A stretch of DNA of 64,000 nt, taken from an uncultured Gemmatimonadaceae bacterium. Its GTDB lineage: Bacteria > Gemmatimonadota > Gemmatimonadetes > Gemmatimonadales > Gemmatimonadaceae. Position 1 is the stretch's first letter. Each line of letters begins with the position of its first letter. The DNA is taken from contig CAVUDW010000003.1 of assembly GCA_963740355.1 (NCBI GenBank), positions 832,001 to 896,000 of the forward strand. The letters are read 5' to 3'. Made by a program: the position numbers and the translations under genes. Below, one piece after another: positions 28,624 to 38,190 of this stretch. The notes under the pieces are model-generated. The model was not told the DNA's origin. It made no database searches and saw nothing but the letters and a program-made list of their open reading frames with translations.

Positions 28624-30636
28624 ATGGCATCACGAGCAGAAAGTCGTCGCGCGGCCCCCGCCCTGCGGACGGCGCTGCCGCTCGGCATGGCGCTCCCCGT
28701 GCTCCTGGCGCTCGGCGCCTGCACTCCGTCCACGGCCGCACGCGGTGGCCTGTCTCCATCCGCGATGTCTGGTGCGGCACCCTCGCCTGATCCGCGCGTT
28801 GGCCTGAGGGCTGGCCTGCACGACGCCGCCGAGGCCACCTGGAACGTGCGCGTGGTCTCCCGCACGCAGCCGCAGGGCAAGTTCATCGGCTCGACGAATT
28901 CGGATCTCGCGTTCAATGGCAACTACGCGATTCAGGGCAGCTACAACGGCTACCAGGTCTGGGATATCTCCAACCCCGCGAAGCCGACGCTCGCCATCGG
29001 GTACTACTGCCCGGCCTCGCAGAGCGACGTCTCGACGTACCGGAACCTGTTGTTCGTGTCGGGTGAGGGTAACACCGGCCGACTGGACTGCAGTGATGTC
29101 GGCGTCCGCGATACGGTGAGCAAGGATCGCCTGCGCGGCATTCGCATCTTCGACATCACCGACATGAAGGCCCCGAAGTATGTGGGCAACGTGCAGACCT
29201 GCCGCGGTTCGCACACGCACACGGTGCTCGAGGATCCGAAGGACAAGGAAAACATCTACATCTACGTCTCGGGCTCGGCCGGCGTGCGCTCGCCGAACGA
29301 GTTACCTGGTTGCGTGCATGAGGCGCCTGGCGCCAACCCGAACTCGGCACTCTTCCGCATCGAAGTGATCAAGGTGCCTCTCGCGCACCCTGAGCAGGCT
29401 GCGATCGTGAGTTCGCCGCGCATCTTCAACGACCTCACGGCGCCGATCGTGCACGCCGAAGCGCGTGAAGACATCGAGGCAGCGAAGAAGGAAGCGGCTG
29501 ACGCGCGTGCGAAGGGCATGTTCACCGTGTACCTGTTCGGGCAGGAGCGTGTGCTCCCGCCGCAGTTCTCGAAGCCGATGCTCGACAGTGTGACGGCCTC
29601 GCACGGCCGCACCGTGGCCACCAAGGCTGACAGCGCTGAATTGCAGGCTGCGTTGCCAGCCATGATGGCGAAGCGTTTCGGCGAGGGGGATTCTGGTCCG
29701 GGCCCGAAGCCAGGCCCAACGCAGTGCCACGACATCACGGTCTATCCAGCCATCGGCCTCGCTGGTGGTGCGTGTGAGGGCTACGGCCTGTTGCTCGACA
29801 TCAGCAACCCCACCGGACCGTCACGCATCGGCGCCGTGGCCGACTCGAACTTCTCGTACTGGCACTCGGCCACCTTCAACAACGACGGCACCAAGGTGCT
29901 GTTCAGCGATGAGTGGGGCGGTGGTGGCCAGGCCAAGTGCCGCGCGTCGGATCGCAAGGAATGGGGTGCCGACGCCATCTTCACGCTCGTGAACGGCAAG
30001 ATGCAGTTCCAGAGCTATTACAAGATGATGGCGCCACAGACGGTCAACGAAAATTGCGTGGCACACAATGGCTCGCTGATCCCGATCCCGGGTCGTGACG
30101 TCATGGTGCAGTCGTGGTATCAGGGCGGCATCTCGATCTTCGACTGGACCGATCCCAGGAACGCACACGAGATTGCCTACTTCGATCGGGGCCCGGTTGA
30201 CTCGACGCGCATGGGCAACGGCGGCACCTGGTCGGTGTACTGGTACAACGGTGTGATGGTGAGCTCGGAAATCGCACGCGGGCTCGACATCCTCGAGCTG
30301 ACACCGAGCGCACACATCTCGCAGAACGAGATCGACGCAGCGAAGACGGTGAAGTTCACCCACCTCAACGCGCAGGGTCAGCCGAAGCTGGTCTGGCCGC
30401 CGAGTTTCGCGCTGGCACGGGCGTACGTCGACCAGCTGGAACGCTCGAAGGGCCTCACGGACGCGCGGATCTCCGCCGTCCGCAAGGCGCTCGAGAGCGC
30501 CGAGAAGGCAGACGGTGCCGCCCGCACCAACGCCCTCGGCCTCCTCGCCGCCCAACTCGGCAGCGACGCCACCAGCTCGTCTGACGCCAACAAGGTCCGC
30601 ATGCTGGCGACGGCGGTGACCGACCTGGCGAAGTAG
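28624..30636 (+). CDS. LVIVD-repeat beta-propeller protein, paralogue 2 (putative lipoprotein)
   Basis: Colinear with and highly similar to 26480-28468; lipobox LGAC. Confidence 0.85.
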   Translation: MASRAESRRAAPALRTALPLGMALPVLLALGACTPSTAARGGLSPSAMSGAAPSPDPRVGLRAGLHDAAEATWNVRVVSRTQPQGKFIGSTNSDLAFNGNYAIQGSYNGYQVWDISNPAKPTLAIGYYCPASQSDVSTYRNLLFVSGEGNTGRLDCSDVGVRDTVSKDRLRGIRIFDITDMKAPKYVGNVQTCRGSHTHTVLEDPKDKENIYIYVSGSAGVRSPNELPGCVHEAPGANPNSALFRIEVIKVPLAHPEQAAIVSSPRIFNDLTAPIVHAEAREDIEAAKKEAADARAKGMFTVYLFGQERVLPPQFSKPMLDSVTASHGRTVATKADSAELQAALPAMMAKRFGEGDSGPGPKPGPTQCHDITVYPAIGLAGGACEGYGLLLDISNPTGPSRIGAVADSNFSYWHSATFNNDGTKVLFSDEWGGGGQAKCRASDRKEWGADAIFTLVNGKMQFQSYYKMMAPQTVNENCVAHNGSLIPIPGRDVMVQSWYQGGISIFDWTDPRNAHEIAYFDRGPVDSTRMGNGGTWSVYWYNGVMVSSEIARGLDILELTPSAHISQNEIDAAKTVKFTHLNAQGQPKLVWPPSFALARAYVDQLERSKGLTDARISAVRKALESAEKADGAARTNALGLLAAQLGSDATSSSDANKVRMLATAVTDLAK

Positions 30637-30654
30637 TTCTTCTTCGCGGTAGGC

Positions 30655-30695
30655 AAACAGCGCGGCTGACAGATCATTGTCAGCCGCGCTGTTTT
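30655..30695. terminator. Rho-independent terminator (possibly bidirectional)
   Basis: AAACAGCGCGGCTGACA-GATCAT-TGTCAGCCGCGCTGTTTT. Confidence 0.85.
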
Positions 30696-30745
30696 GCTTC
30701 TTCTAAGGACTAATCGAACGCCAACCCCAATCGCAACAGCAACTG

Positions 30746-30930
30746 CGAAACGCAGAGACTCAAAGGCGCAGAGGGCACTCTCGAAGCGCCAGCGAATACA
30801 GCGCGCAATCACCGCAGACTATTGAGAACCAACAGAGCGGGCGCCTTTCCCAAATAAGGTGTGGTTGGATGGTCTACCGATGCTGGTCCGCGGTGTAGAA
30901 CACTCTGCGTCTCCGCGCCTTTGCGTTTCG
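30746..30930. repeat. Imperfect inverted-repeat element (CGCAGAG-type REP-like)
   Basis: CGAAACGCAGAGACTCAAAGGCGCAGAG pairs with CTCTGCGTCTCCGCGCCTTTGCGTTTCG; preceded by CAACAGCAACTGC as in copies A/B. Confidence 0.6.
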
Positions 30931-30940
30931 CCGTGGCCCT

Positions 30941-31534
30941 TCAGACGTTGCCGACCTTCCCTCCGACCGACGCCCACAGCGCGCGTTCGACCATCACCGG
31001 TGTCCACGAGGCGCCGAGTGCTGAGGCGCGGGTGCGGAGCTGATCGGCGTACTTGGCGTAGTAGCCGAGTGTCCACTTGACCGGGCCGAGATCGGGAACC
31101 TGCGCGGCCACGAGCTCGTCAAAGAATGGATAGACGGTCGGCATCAGCGCTGCGACGACCGCGGAGGCCGTGGCAGGCCCGACACCATCGAGCTTGGCGA
31201 TCTCGCCGATCGGTTGCGTCGGATGCGGACAGCGCGAGAGGCCGCGCACGGTCGTCTCGATCACGTCATCGGGCGGATTGTTCTTGACGCGCACCAGGTT
31301 CGGAGCGCGCCACACGCCGCGATACATCTTCCACTCCGTGACCCGGATCAGGTCAGGCAGCGTGATGTGCACGAGGCGCTGCGTCGTGAACGTGGCGGGA
31401 AACTCTTCACGGTACCAGGTGTCCAGCGCGGGCAGCTTCGGCACGCCCTGCCGCGCGATGACGTCGGGATACGCGTCGAGCGCCTCCTGCCAGGTCGCAG
31501 TTGCACTCGCGCCCCAGAGATCGCGTGTCGTCAC
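30941..31534 (-). CDS. Hypothetical protein with a helix-hairpin-helix motif
   Basis: KLDGVGPATASAVVA HhH-like motif; EWKMYRG, PFFDE, VERALW; GGAG RBS. Confidence 0.75.
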   Translation of the reverse strand: MTTRDLWGASATATWQEALDAYPDVIARQGVPKLPALDTWYREEFPATFTTQRLVHITLPDLIRVTEWKMYRGVWRAPNLVRVKNNPPDDVIETTVRGLSRCPHPTQPIGEIAKLDGVGPATASAVVAALMPTVYPFFDELVAAQVPDLGPVKWTLGYYAKYADQLRTRASALGASWTPVMVERALWASVGGKVGNV

Positions 31535-31571
31535 GCGGTCTCCAGGGCGGTGAGTGCGGCGGAGGGTGCCA

Positions 31572-34500
31572 TCACGGAACTGCGGTGCACCCCTCGGCCT
31601 TCGCGCAGTTCGGATCCAGCGGCGGCAGGTGCAGGCGCGCCAGTTCCTTGTTCACCGCCACCAGGTCGGTGGCCCAGATCTGCGACAGGCGCGTGGTATA
31701 GCGACCCAATTCCGTCGACAGGATACCGAAGATCTCCGGCATGTTGGTCGTCGGGCGACCATCACCACGCTCGGCCATCGAGAGCAGCGTGGCAAGGCGG
31801 TTGTTGACGCGGATCGGGAAGTTGAGCGGATCCTGACCGCTCTGGTTCCGCACCTGGTACGTGCTGTCCTCCACCACACTGGCGTTCGCGACCAGCGTAC
31901 TGCCGGTGGCCTTGAGCGCCGCATCGTCGGCCGCCTTCTTCTGGCGATCGGCGAGCTGCGCCTTCACGCGACGGATCGCGATCACGGCGTTGTTGGCTTC
32001 GGTCGCCTTGTCACGCACACGCTTGCCGAATGCGTACTGTGCCTGCATGTCGGCGATGGTGACATCCGGGATCCACGGATTCGCCTTCACGACCAGTGGC
32101 GTCGAGACGACACGATTGTCGGCCGTCAGCCGCGCCGTGTAGCGACCCGGTGGCACCGCGGGTCCGGCAGTGCCAGCACCCCACAGAATCATACCGGGGA
32201 ACGAGGCAATGCCTTGCGTGCGCAAATCCCAGACGAAGGCATTCAGGCCAGCCTTCACCGGAATTGACGCCTCGCCGCCGCGACGACGACCACCGCGCGG
32301 TGCGGCACCACCCGCCGTGTCCGGCTCGATCGTACGTACGACCGCGCCAGCCGAGTCGAGGATTTCGAGCGTCGCACGCGACGGGGCGTTCTTCAGGAGG
32401 TAGCTGATGTTGATGCCAGCGCCTGAGCGGAAGCCCGGCGGTGGCGTGAACATGTGCGCGTCGGATGCGAGGATCTGCGGTGTGGCCTGGCGCAGCGGCG
32501 CCACGTTGTCCAGCACCCAGAACCCGCGGCCGTGTGTGGCGATCACCAGCTCGTTCGCTTCCACGATCAGGTCAGAGACCGGAACGTCTGGCATGTTGAG
32601 CGAGAGGTTCGACCACGACGCACCATCGTCGTACGAGATGTAGACGCCGTGCTGCGTGGCCGCGTAGAGGAGGCCCTTGCGGGTCGGATCCTCACGCACC
32701 GCGTGCACGTAGGCGTCAGCGCGAATGCCGGTGACGATCTTCGTCCAGGTACGGCCGTAGTCGGTCGTCTTGAAGATGTACGGCGAGAAGTCGTTCAGCA
32801 GCGGCTTGCGCACCGAGATGTACGCCGTGCCCGGGTTGAACTTCGACGCGTCGATCTGGCTCACACGTCCGAAGTCCGGCATGTCCTTTGGCGTGACGTT
32901 GGTCCAGGTCTTTCCACCGTCGCGCGTGACGTGCACCAGCCCATCATCGGACCCAGTCCAGATGATGTTGATGTCCGTCTTGCCCGGTGCCACGGAGAAG
33001 ATCACACCGTAGACCTCGGGACCATTCATGTCACCGGTGATCGGGCCACCGGACTTCTCCTGCGTGCTCGGATCGTGGCGCGTGAGATCGCCGCTCAGAA
33101 CCGCCCATGTCTTGCCACCGTCCGCCGTCTTCCAGAGGCGCTGCGACGACACGTAGAGAGTGCGCCGGTCGACGGGTGAGAAGATGATCGGGTACGTCCA
33201 CTGCCACCGCTCACGAATCGCCTTCGACGGTTCGCCGGAGTAGAACCACGGGTACGGGTTCACTTCGCGCGCCTGCCCGGTGCGGCGATTGAACTTGTCG
33301 AGATAGGCACCGTTGTTGGTGCCCGAGTAGAACAGGTCGGGATCGCGCGGATCGGGTGCGATGTAGCCGGGCTCACCGCCGCCGGCGACGTAGCTGACGG
33401 CCATGCCTCCCGCAGTGATCTCACGCCACGGGCGCGGCGGGCCGGTATCCGGGCGCGGCGCGTTGGCCGCGTTGAATGCCTGCAGGTTCCAGTTGTACGG
33501 CGTGCAGAGCGTGCTGTTGTCCTGCTGCGATCCGCAGACGTGAAACGGGATGTGCGTGGTCGTGATCGCGTGGTAGAACTGCTCGGTCGGGTAGTCCTCT
33601 TCCGTGTACTTGCCGCCGGTGTTCATCGACACCGCACCACCACCGTCGTTCGCGACCACCAGGTGCGCCGGGTTGTCGGGATCGATCCAGAGATCGTGCC
33701 AGTCACCGTGCGAATTGCCATCGATCGCGGTCAGCGTCTTGCCGGCGTCGGTCGAGCGAAAGATCGACGTGTTCTGCGCATACACGACATCCGCGTTCTT
33801 GTGATCGGCGAAGAGGTGTGTGTAGTAGAACGCACGCTGCCGGATGCTGCGGGCCGCGTTCATCAGCGTCCAGGTGGCGCCCGCGTCATCGCTCTTGAAC
33901 AGGCCACCGCTGTCGTTCTCGACCAGCGCGTAGACGCGATTCGAGTTCGCGGCCGTGGTGGCGACGCCAATCTTGCCGATCAGGCCCTTCGGCATGCCGG
34001 GATTGCGCGTGATCTCGGTCCACGTCTCACCGCCATCGGTGCTCTTGAACAGGCCACTGCCCGGACCGCCGCTCGACATCTGGAATTCGCGACGATACGC
34101 CTGCCAGAGTGATGCGTACATCACGTTCGGATTCGCGCGATCGAACGCGATGTCGATGCCGCCGGTGCTGTCGTCACGGAAGAGCACCTTCTTCCATGTG
34201 TTGCCACCGTCGGTGCTCTTGAAAATGCCGCGCTCCGGACTCGGCACGCTGTACTTGCCGAACGAGGCGACGAAGACGATGTCCGGATTGGTCGGATGGA
34301 TGCGGATCTTCGAGATCGCATGCGACTCGGAGAACCCAACATGCGTCCAGGTCTTGCCCGCGTCCTTGCTGCGGTAGACGCCATCACCGGGCATGATGTT
34401 GCCGCGAATGGCCGACTCACCCATGCCGATGAACACCAGGTCGGGGTTCGTCTCGCTCACCACCACCGCGCCGACCGACGCACTCTTGATCTGGCCGTCG

Positions 34501-34784
34501 GTGACGGGCATCCAGGTATCGCCACCGTCGGTCGTCTTCCACAGGCCGCCGCCGACTGCGCCGAAGTACGCCTCATTCGGCCGGCCGCGGACGCCGCTGG
34601 CAGCGATCGATCGGCCGCCGCGATCGGGACCGATGTTCCGCCACTTGTAGCCGGACATCAGGGTCGTGTCGAGCGCGGCCGACGACGTAGTGACAGGGTC
34701 GGGCTGCCAGAGGCTCCGGGTGCCCGCCGAGATGGCGGCGAGAGCAGGAAGCGCGAGAAGGAACAGCGGGCGCGGCGAGAACAT
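31572..34784 (-). CDS. VPS10/BNR (Asp-box) repeat secreted glycosyl-hydrolase-like protein
   Basis: WRNIGP..GGR, repeated (S/T)xDxGxTW Asp boxes, ATHGRGFWVLD, PGRYTARL. Confidence 0.9.
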   Translation of the reverse strand: MFSPRPLFLLALPALAAISAGTRSLWQPDPVTTSSAALDTTLMSGYKWRNIGPDRGGRSIAASGVRGRPNEAYFGAVGGGLWKTTDGGDTWMPVTDGQIKSASVGAVVVSETNPDLVFIGMGESAIRGNIMPGDGVYRSKDAGKTWTHVGFSESHAISKIRIHPTNPDIVFVASFGKYSVPSPERGIFKSTDGGNTWKKVLFRDDSTGGIDIAFDRANPNVMYASLWQAYRREFQMSSGGPGSGLFKSTDGGETWTEITRNPGMPKGLIGKIGVATTAANSNRVYALVENDSGGLFKSDDAGATWTLMNAARSIRQRAFYYTHLFADHKNADVVYAQNTSIFRSTDAGKTLTAIDGNSHGDWHDLWIDPDNPAHLVVANDGGGAVSMNTGGKYTEEDYPTEQFYHAITTTHIPFHVCGSQQDNSTLCTPYNWNLQAFNAANAPRPDTGPPRPWREITAGGMAVSYVAGGGEPGYIAPDPRDPDLFYSGTNNGAYLDKFNRRTGQAREVNPYPWFYSGEPSKAIRERWQWTYPIIFSPVDRRTLYVSSQRLWKTADGGKTWAVLSGDLTRHDPSTQEKSGGPITGDMNGPEVYGVIFSVAPGKTDINIIWTGSDDGLVHVTRDGGKTWTNVTPKDMPDFGRVSQIDASKFNPGTAYISVRKPLLNDFSPYIFKTTDYGRTWTKIVTGIRADAYVHAVREDPTRKGLLYAATQHGVYISYDDGASWSNLSLNMPDVPVSDLIVEANELVIATHGRGFWVLDNVAPLRQATPQILASDAHMFTPPPGFRSGAGINISYLLKNAPSRATLEILDSAGAVVRTIEPDTAGGAAPRGGRRRGGEASIPVKAGLNAFVWDLRTQGIASFPGMILWGAGTAGPAVPPGRYTARLTADNRVVSTPLVVKANPWIPDVTIADMQAQYAFGKRVRDKATEANNAVIAIRRVKAQLADRQKKAADDAALKATGSTLVANASVVEDSTYQVRNQSGQDPLNFPIRVNNRLATLLSMAERGDGRPTTNMPEIFGILSTELGRYTTRLSQIWATDLVAVNKELARLHLPPLDPNCAKAEGCTAVP

Positions 34785-34948
34785 ACGCGAGCTCGGTGGA
34801 GGGCGGCCGTGGAAGGGAGCACGGGCAATACGAAGGCAACGTTGAACGACAAGGCAACGTTGAAGCGCGTCGCGCCCGACGCAAGGCGTCCGGCCAACCT
34901 GCAGAGAACGCGGCAGCGCGCGGGCAGCAGTGATGCCGCCCGCTGGGT

Positions 34949-37150
34949 TCAGTTCCCGCGCGACACCGCACCGCGCGCCGCATCGAGTGCGAGCGGGTCA
35001 CCGGTGCGCACATCGCGCAGGATCCCACGGACGTTGGTCACCGACGGCACCCCAAGCTCGCGCAGGATGATCGACGCGTGCGAGAGTTCACCGCCCATCT
35101 CCACCACCACGCCGGCCACGCGGCGGAAGAGCAAGGCCCACTCGGCATCGACGGCCGGCGCGACCAGAATCGTTTCGTCGGGCACCCACCCGGCTGGAGG
35201 CGAGGCGGTGGGGCCTTCGGCGCACCACGCGCGTCCACTCACCCGCCCAGGCGCCAACCCGATGCCTTGCCACCCTTCACGCAACGGCGTGGGCGACTTG
35301 CGCGGGTCACGCTTCAGGCGATCGAAGCGCCGGAAGACACCTGGAATGGTCACCGCCGCCTCACCTCGGCGATCATGTTCCCGCTTCTCGAAGAAGGCGG
35401 TGTCGTACATGGCGCCGCCATCGAGCGCGGTGGCCTCGTCGGCTGAGAGCAGCCAGATGTCATCACGCTTGCGCAGGGCGCCGCGCTGCACCGCGGCATC
35501 GGCCGCCTGGTGCATCAACTCGCGAATCATCGCGAACGCAACCATGGCATCATCACGCAGTCCTTCGCGTGCACGCAGTGGTCGCTGTGCCATCCACCAC
35601 AGCGGCAGCGTGACCCACTCGCTCAATGTGCGGAATGGGATGGTGCGCGGTTCGATCGGATAGGCGAGCTCGTGCCGCAGCAGCGCCAGCACGGCCGCTG
35701 GCTGTTCGCGCCAGCGGGCCTGCGCCAGGTCACTCTCGTATGGCCCGCGATGCCCATGCCGCTCGAGCCACTGTTTCCACTCGTATGCACCAGACTCACT
35801 CGCAGGTGGTTCGCCGACGGCGATCCGCGCGATGTCGTCTGGATGATCACGCACGGCGGGCACCACGTCGCGCCGCAGCGCCTCGATCACGTCGCTGCCA
35901 GGGGTACGCTGACGCGCCATGTGGGCCGCGAGAGTTCCGGTGCGACGCAACAGGGCCAGTGGCGTCGCCATCGCGGCCGTCAGTGCGAACATCGATTGCA
36001 CCAGCAGGACGTACCGTCGCTGTGCGGCCTGCACCAACGGCGCGACTTCGCCCTCGGCTTCGAGCAGGTCGCGCGACAGGATCGTCAGGCGCGCGCGACG
36101 TGTGCTGCTGACAGCCGTGAATTGCGCCCACAACATGCGCGCCAGCGCCGGCATGGCGGTCCGTACCCGATTGAAGCGCCAGCCGACTGGTCGCACATCG
36201 CGACCGCCGATGGCATCGGTCACGAAGTGCGTCGGCAATCCCCAGGTGCGAAGCATGTCCGTCAACAACGAGAGGTTGATGACGGGTCGCCCCTCGAACA
36301 CCTCGATGAAGGGGCGGGTCGCCGGCAATGCGGCGTCGGCGCGACGGTACCACGAGAACAGTCCGCCGGCGCACGACGCGATCAGCGTGGCCATGAATCG
36401 GCTCGGCAGCGGCGGCAGGATCTCGCGATGATTCGCCAGCGTGAACCACTCGTTGCGCACCGTCGCACGCGTCACTGGACGCAGCTGCACCACCCAGCAG
36501 ACCGTGCCATCGTCCGCCCATTCCACATCCCAGTCGCCGCTGCCCCAACGGTTCACGTTGGCCAGTTCACGCACCAGCTGCAGCACGCGCTGCAGTCGCT
36601 GCGCCCACGGTGGCAGCAACACGTCACTCGGTTCACCGCGACGGCAGCGCGGGATTTCGAGCGTCTGCCCACTCACCGTCCCAGCGAGCAACTCCTCTGC
36701 GGTCCCTGCCACGACGTTGACGAGATCATCCTCGTGCTCGCGTTCCGTGAATGCGACACCGGCGTTCTTCGCATCGACGAGCTTCATCACGATCAGGTCG
36801 CGGCGCGGCGCGGCTCCCTCCCCCGACGCGCGCACACGCGCCACCGCGGCGGCAATCGCCTCCCGATCGTCGGATGACACGCGCAGCACACTGGTGAAGG
36901 CACCGCTCTGGCTCTCACGCTTGCGGTCTTCGGTCGAGAATGCGGAGCGAATCACCAGCATCGTCGAACGCAGGTCCGGGGGCAGCGGGTAGCCTGCGCT
37001 GCACCATTCCTCGAACGAGGCGTCCGGCACGACGATCCCGGGCGGGATTGCCACACCGGCCAAGGCCGCCCGGTGCAACATGGCCGCTTTCGGCGACGCG
37101 TCAGCGGCCCGGTTGTCGCTCCCGCCCAGCTCGACGAAGTGCCTGCTCAC
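34949..37150 (-). CDS. PEP-utilising enzyme with rifampin-phosphotransferase / PigC-like architecture
   Basis: N-terminal ATP-grasp (IRSA...ED...SGAF; DVEWA...VQLRPVT), central HGHRGPYESDL...RWRE, C-terminal phospho-His swivel GGELSHASIILRELGVP. Confidence 0.8.
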   Translation of the reverse strand: MSRHFVELGGSDNRAADASPKAAMLHRAALAGVAIPPGIVVPDASFEEWCSAGYPLPPDLRSTMLVIRSAFSTEDRKRESQSGAFTSVLRVSSDDREAIAAAVARVRASGEGAAPRRDLIVMKLVDAKNAGVAFTEREHEDDLVNVVAGTAEELLAGTVSGQTLEIPRCRRGEPSDVLLPPWAQRLQRVLQLVRELANVNRWGSGDWDVEWADDGTVCWVVQLRPVTRATVRNEWFTLANHREILPPLPSRFMATLIASCAGGLFSWYRRADAALPATRPFIEVFEGRPVINLSLLTDMLRTWGLPTHFVTDAIGGRDVRPVGWRFNRVRTAMPALARMLWAQFTAVSSTRRARLTILSRDLLEAEGEVAPLVQAAQRRYVLLVQSMFALTAAMATPLALLRRTGTLAAHMARQRTPGSDVIEALRRDVVPAVRDHPDDIARIAVGEPPASESGAYEWKQWLERHGHRGPYESDLAQARWREQPAAVLALLRHELAYPIEPRTIPFRTLSEWVTLPLWWMAQRPLRAREGLRDDAMVAFAMIRELMHQAADAAVQRGALRKRDDIWLLSADEATALDGGAMYDTAFFEKREHDRRGEAAVTIPGVFRRFDRLKRDPRKSPTPLREGWQGIGLAPGRVSGRAWCAEGPTASPPAGWVPDETILVAPAVDAEWALLFRRVAGVVVEMGGELSHASIILRELGVPSVTNVRGILRDVRTGDPLALDAARGAVSRGN

Positions 37151-37326
37151 GACCCACGCGCGGGTGCGTCCGTCGCAGGCGGCAGCTGATACATGGGGTT
37201 GGCGGTCTGGGGCATGGGAACGGGAAGCTATTGCGACTGGGGCGTGAGCGGTGTCAGCGGCATCGGCAGGATTCGAACCAGCCTCAGCGCATGGACCGCG
37301 CCACCTTGTCGTAATTGCTGAGATCG

Positions 37327-38085
37327 CTAGACGAACCGGGGCGGCCGCTTCTCCAGAAATGCCATCATCGCTTCCCGGAACTCGGGGCCCCGCAGCTGCG
37401 GCAAGAACGCCGAGGCTTCCTCCTGCATGCGGCTCGCGATCCCCGTTCCCTCACTCTTGATCAACGCCTTGGTCAGCCGGAGCGCCGTCGGTGCCTTGGC
37501 AGCCAGCGTGTTGGCCCAGGCCAGTGCGTCGGTTTCCGCCTCACCCGGCGGGCTGACCTTGTTGATGATGCCGAAACGTTCAGCGGTGGCGGCGTCGAAC
37601 ATCTCGCCAAGCAGCAGCAACTCGCTGGCGCGGACGTGGCCGAGCATCCGCGGCAGGAGCAGGCTCGAGGCGGCCTCCGGCACCAATCCGAGATTGATGA
37701 ATGGCACCGAGAAGCGCGCCGCCGGATCGGCGACCACCAGGTCACAGTGCAGCAGCATCGTGGTGCCGATGCCGACGGCGACACCGGTGACCGCTGCCAC
37801 GACAGGCTTCGGGCAGGTGGAAATTTCGCGGAGGAACTGAAAGACCGGACTCTCGGCGTCAACTGGAGGCGTCGCCGCGAAGTCCTTCAGGTCGTTGCCG
37901 CTGGTGAACGCACCACCAGCGCCGGTGATCAGCACCACCCGCACGCCGTCATCGGCAGTGGCCTCGCGGAGCGCCGCCGTCATGCCGCGGTACATGTCCG
38001 TGGTGAGGGCGTTCTTCTTCTCGGCACGCGCCATGCGGATCGTGAGTACCGCTCCGTTGCGCTCGGTCAGGACGTGATCGCTCAT
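37327..38085 (-). CDS. Enoyl-CoA hydratase/isomerase family protein
   Basis: KKNAL, AFTSGNDL, KPVVAAVTGVAVGIG, LGLVPEAASS. Confidence 0.93.
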   Translation of the reverse strand: MSDHVLTERNGAVLTIRMARAEKKNALTTDMYRGMTAALREATADDGVRVVLITGAGGAFTSGNDLKDFAATPPVDAESPVFQFLREISTCPKPVVAAVTGVAVGIGTTMLLHCDLVVADPAARFSVPFINLGLVPEAASSLLLPRMLGHVRASELLLLGEMFDAATAERFGIINKVSPPGEAETDALAWANTLAAKAPTALRLTKALIKSEGTGIASRMQEEASAFLPQLRGPEFREAMMAFLEKRPPRFV

Positions 38086-38190
38086 GGGTGAACGATCACG
38101 CGCGACACAGCCGCTCGCAATGGCCGCCATGTCGCGCGCGCAAACTCGATCTGTACTCTCGTCGCGTGGTGACGACGAGGTGATGCCGGC

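Noticed and set aside
34833..34864. Tandem AAGGCAACGTTGAA x2 upstream of the VPS10 gene
   Set aside because: Only two units and no spacers; could be an operator or a slippage duplication, with no further support
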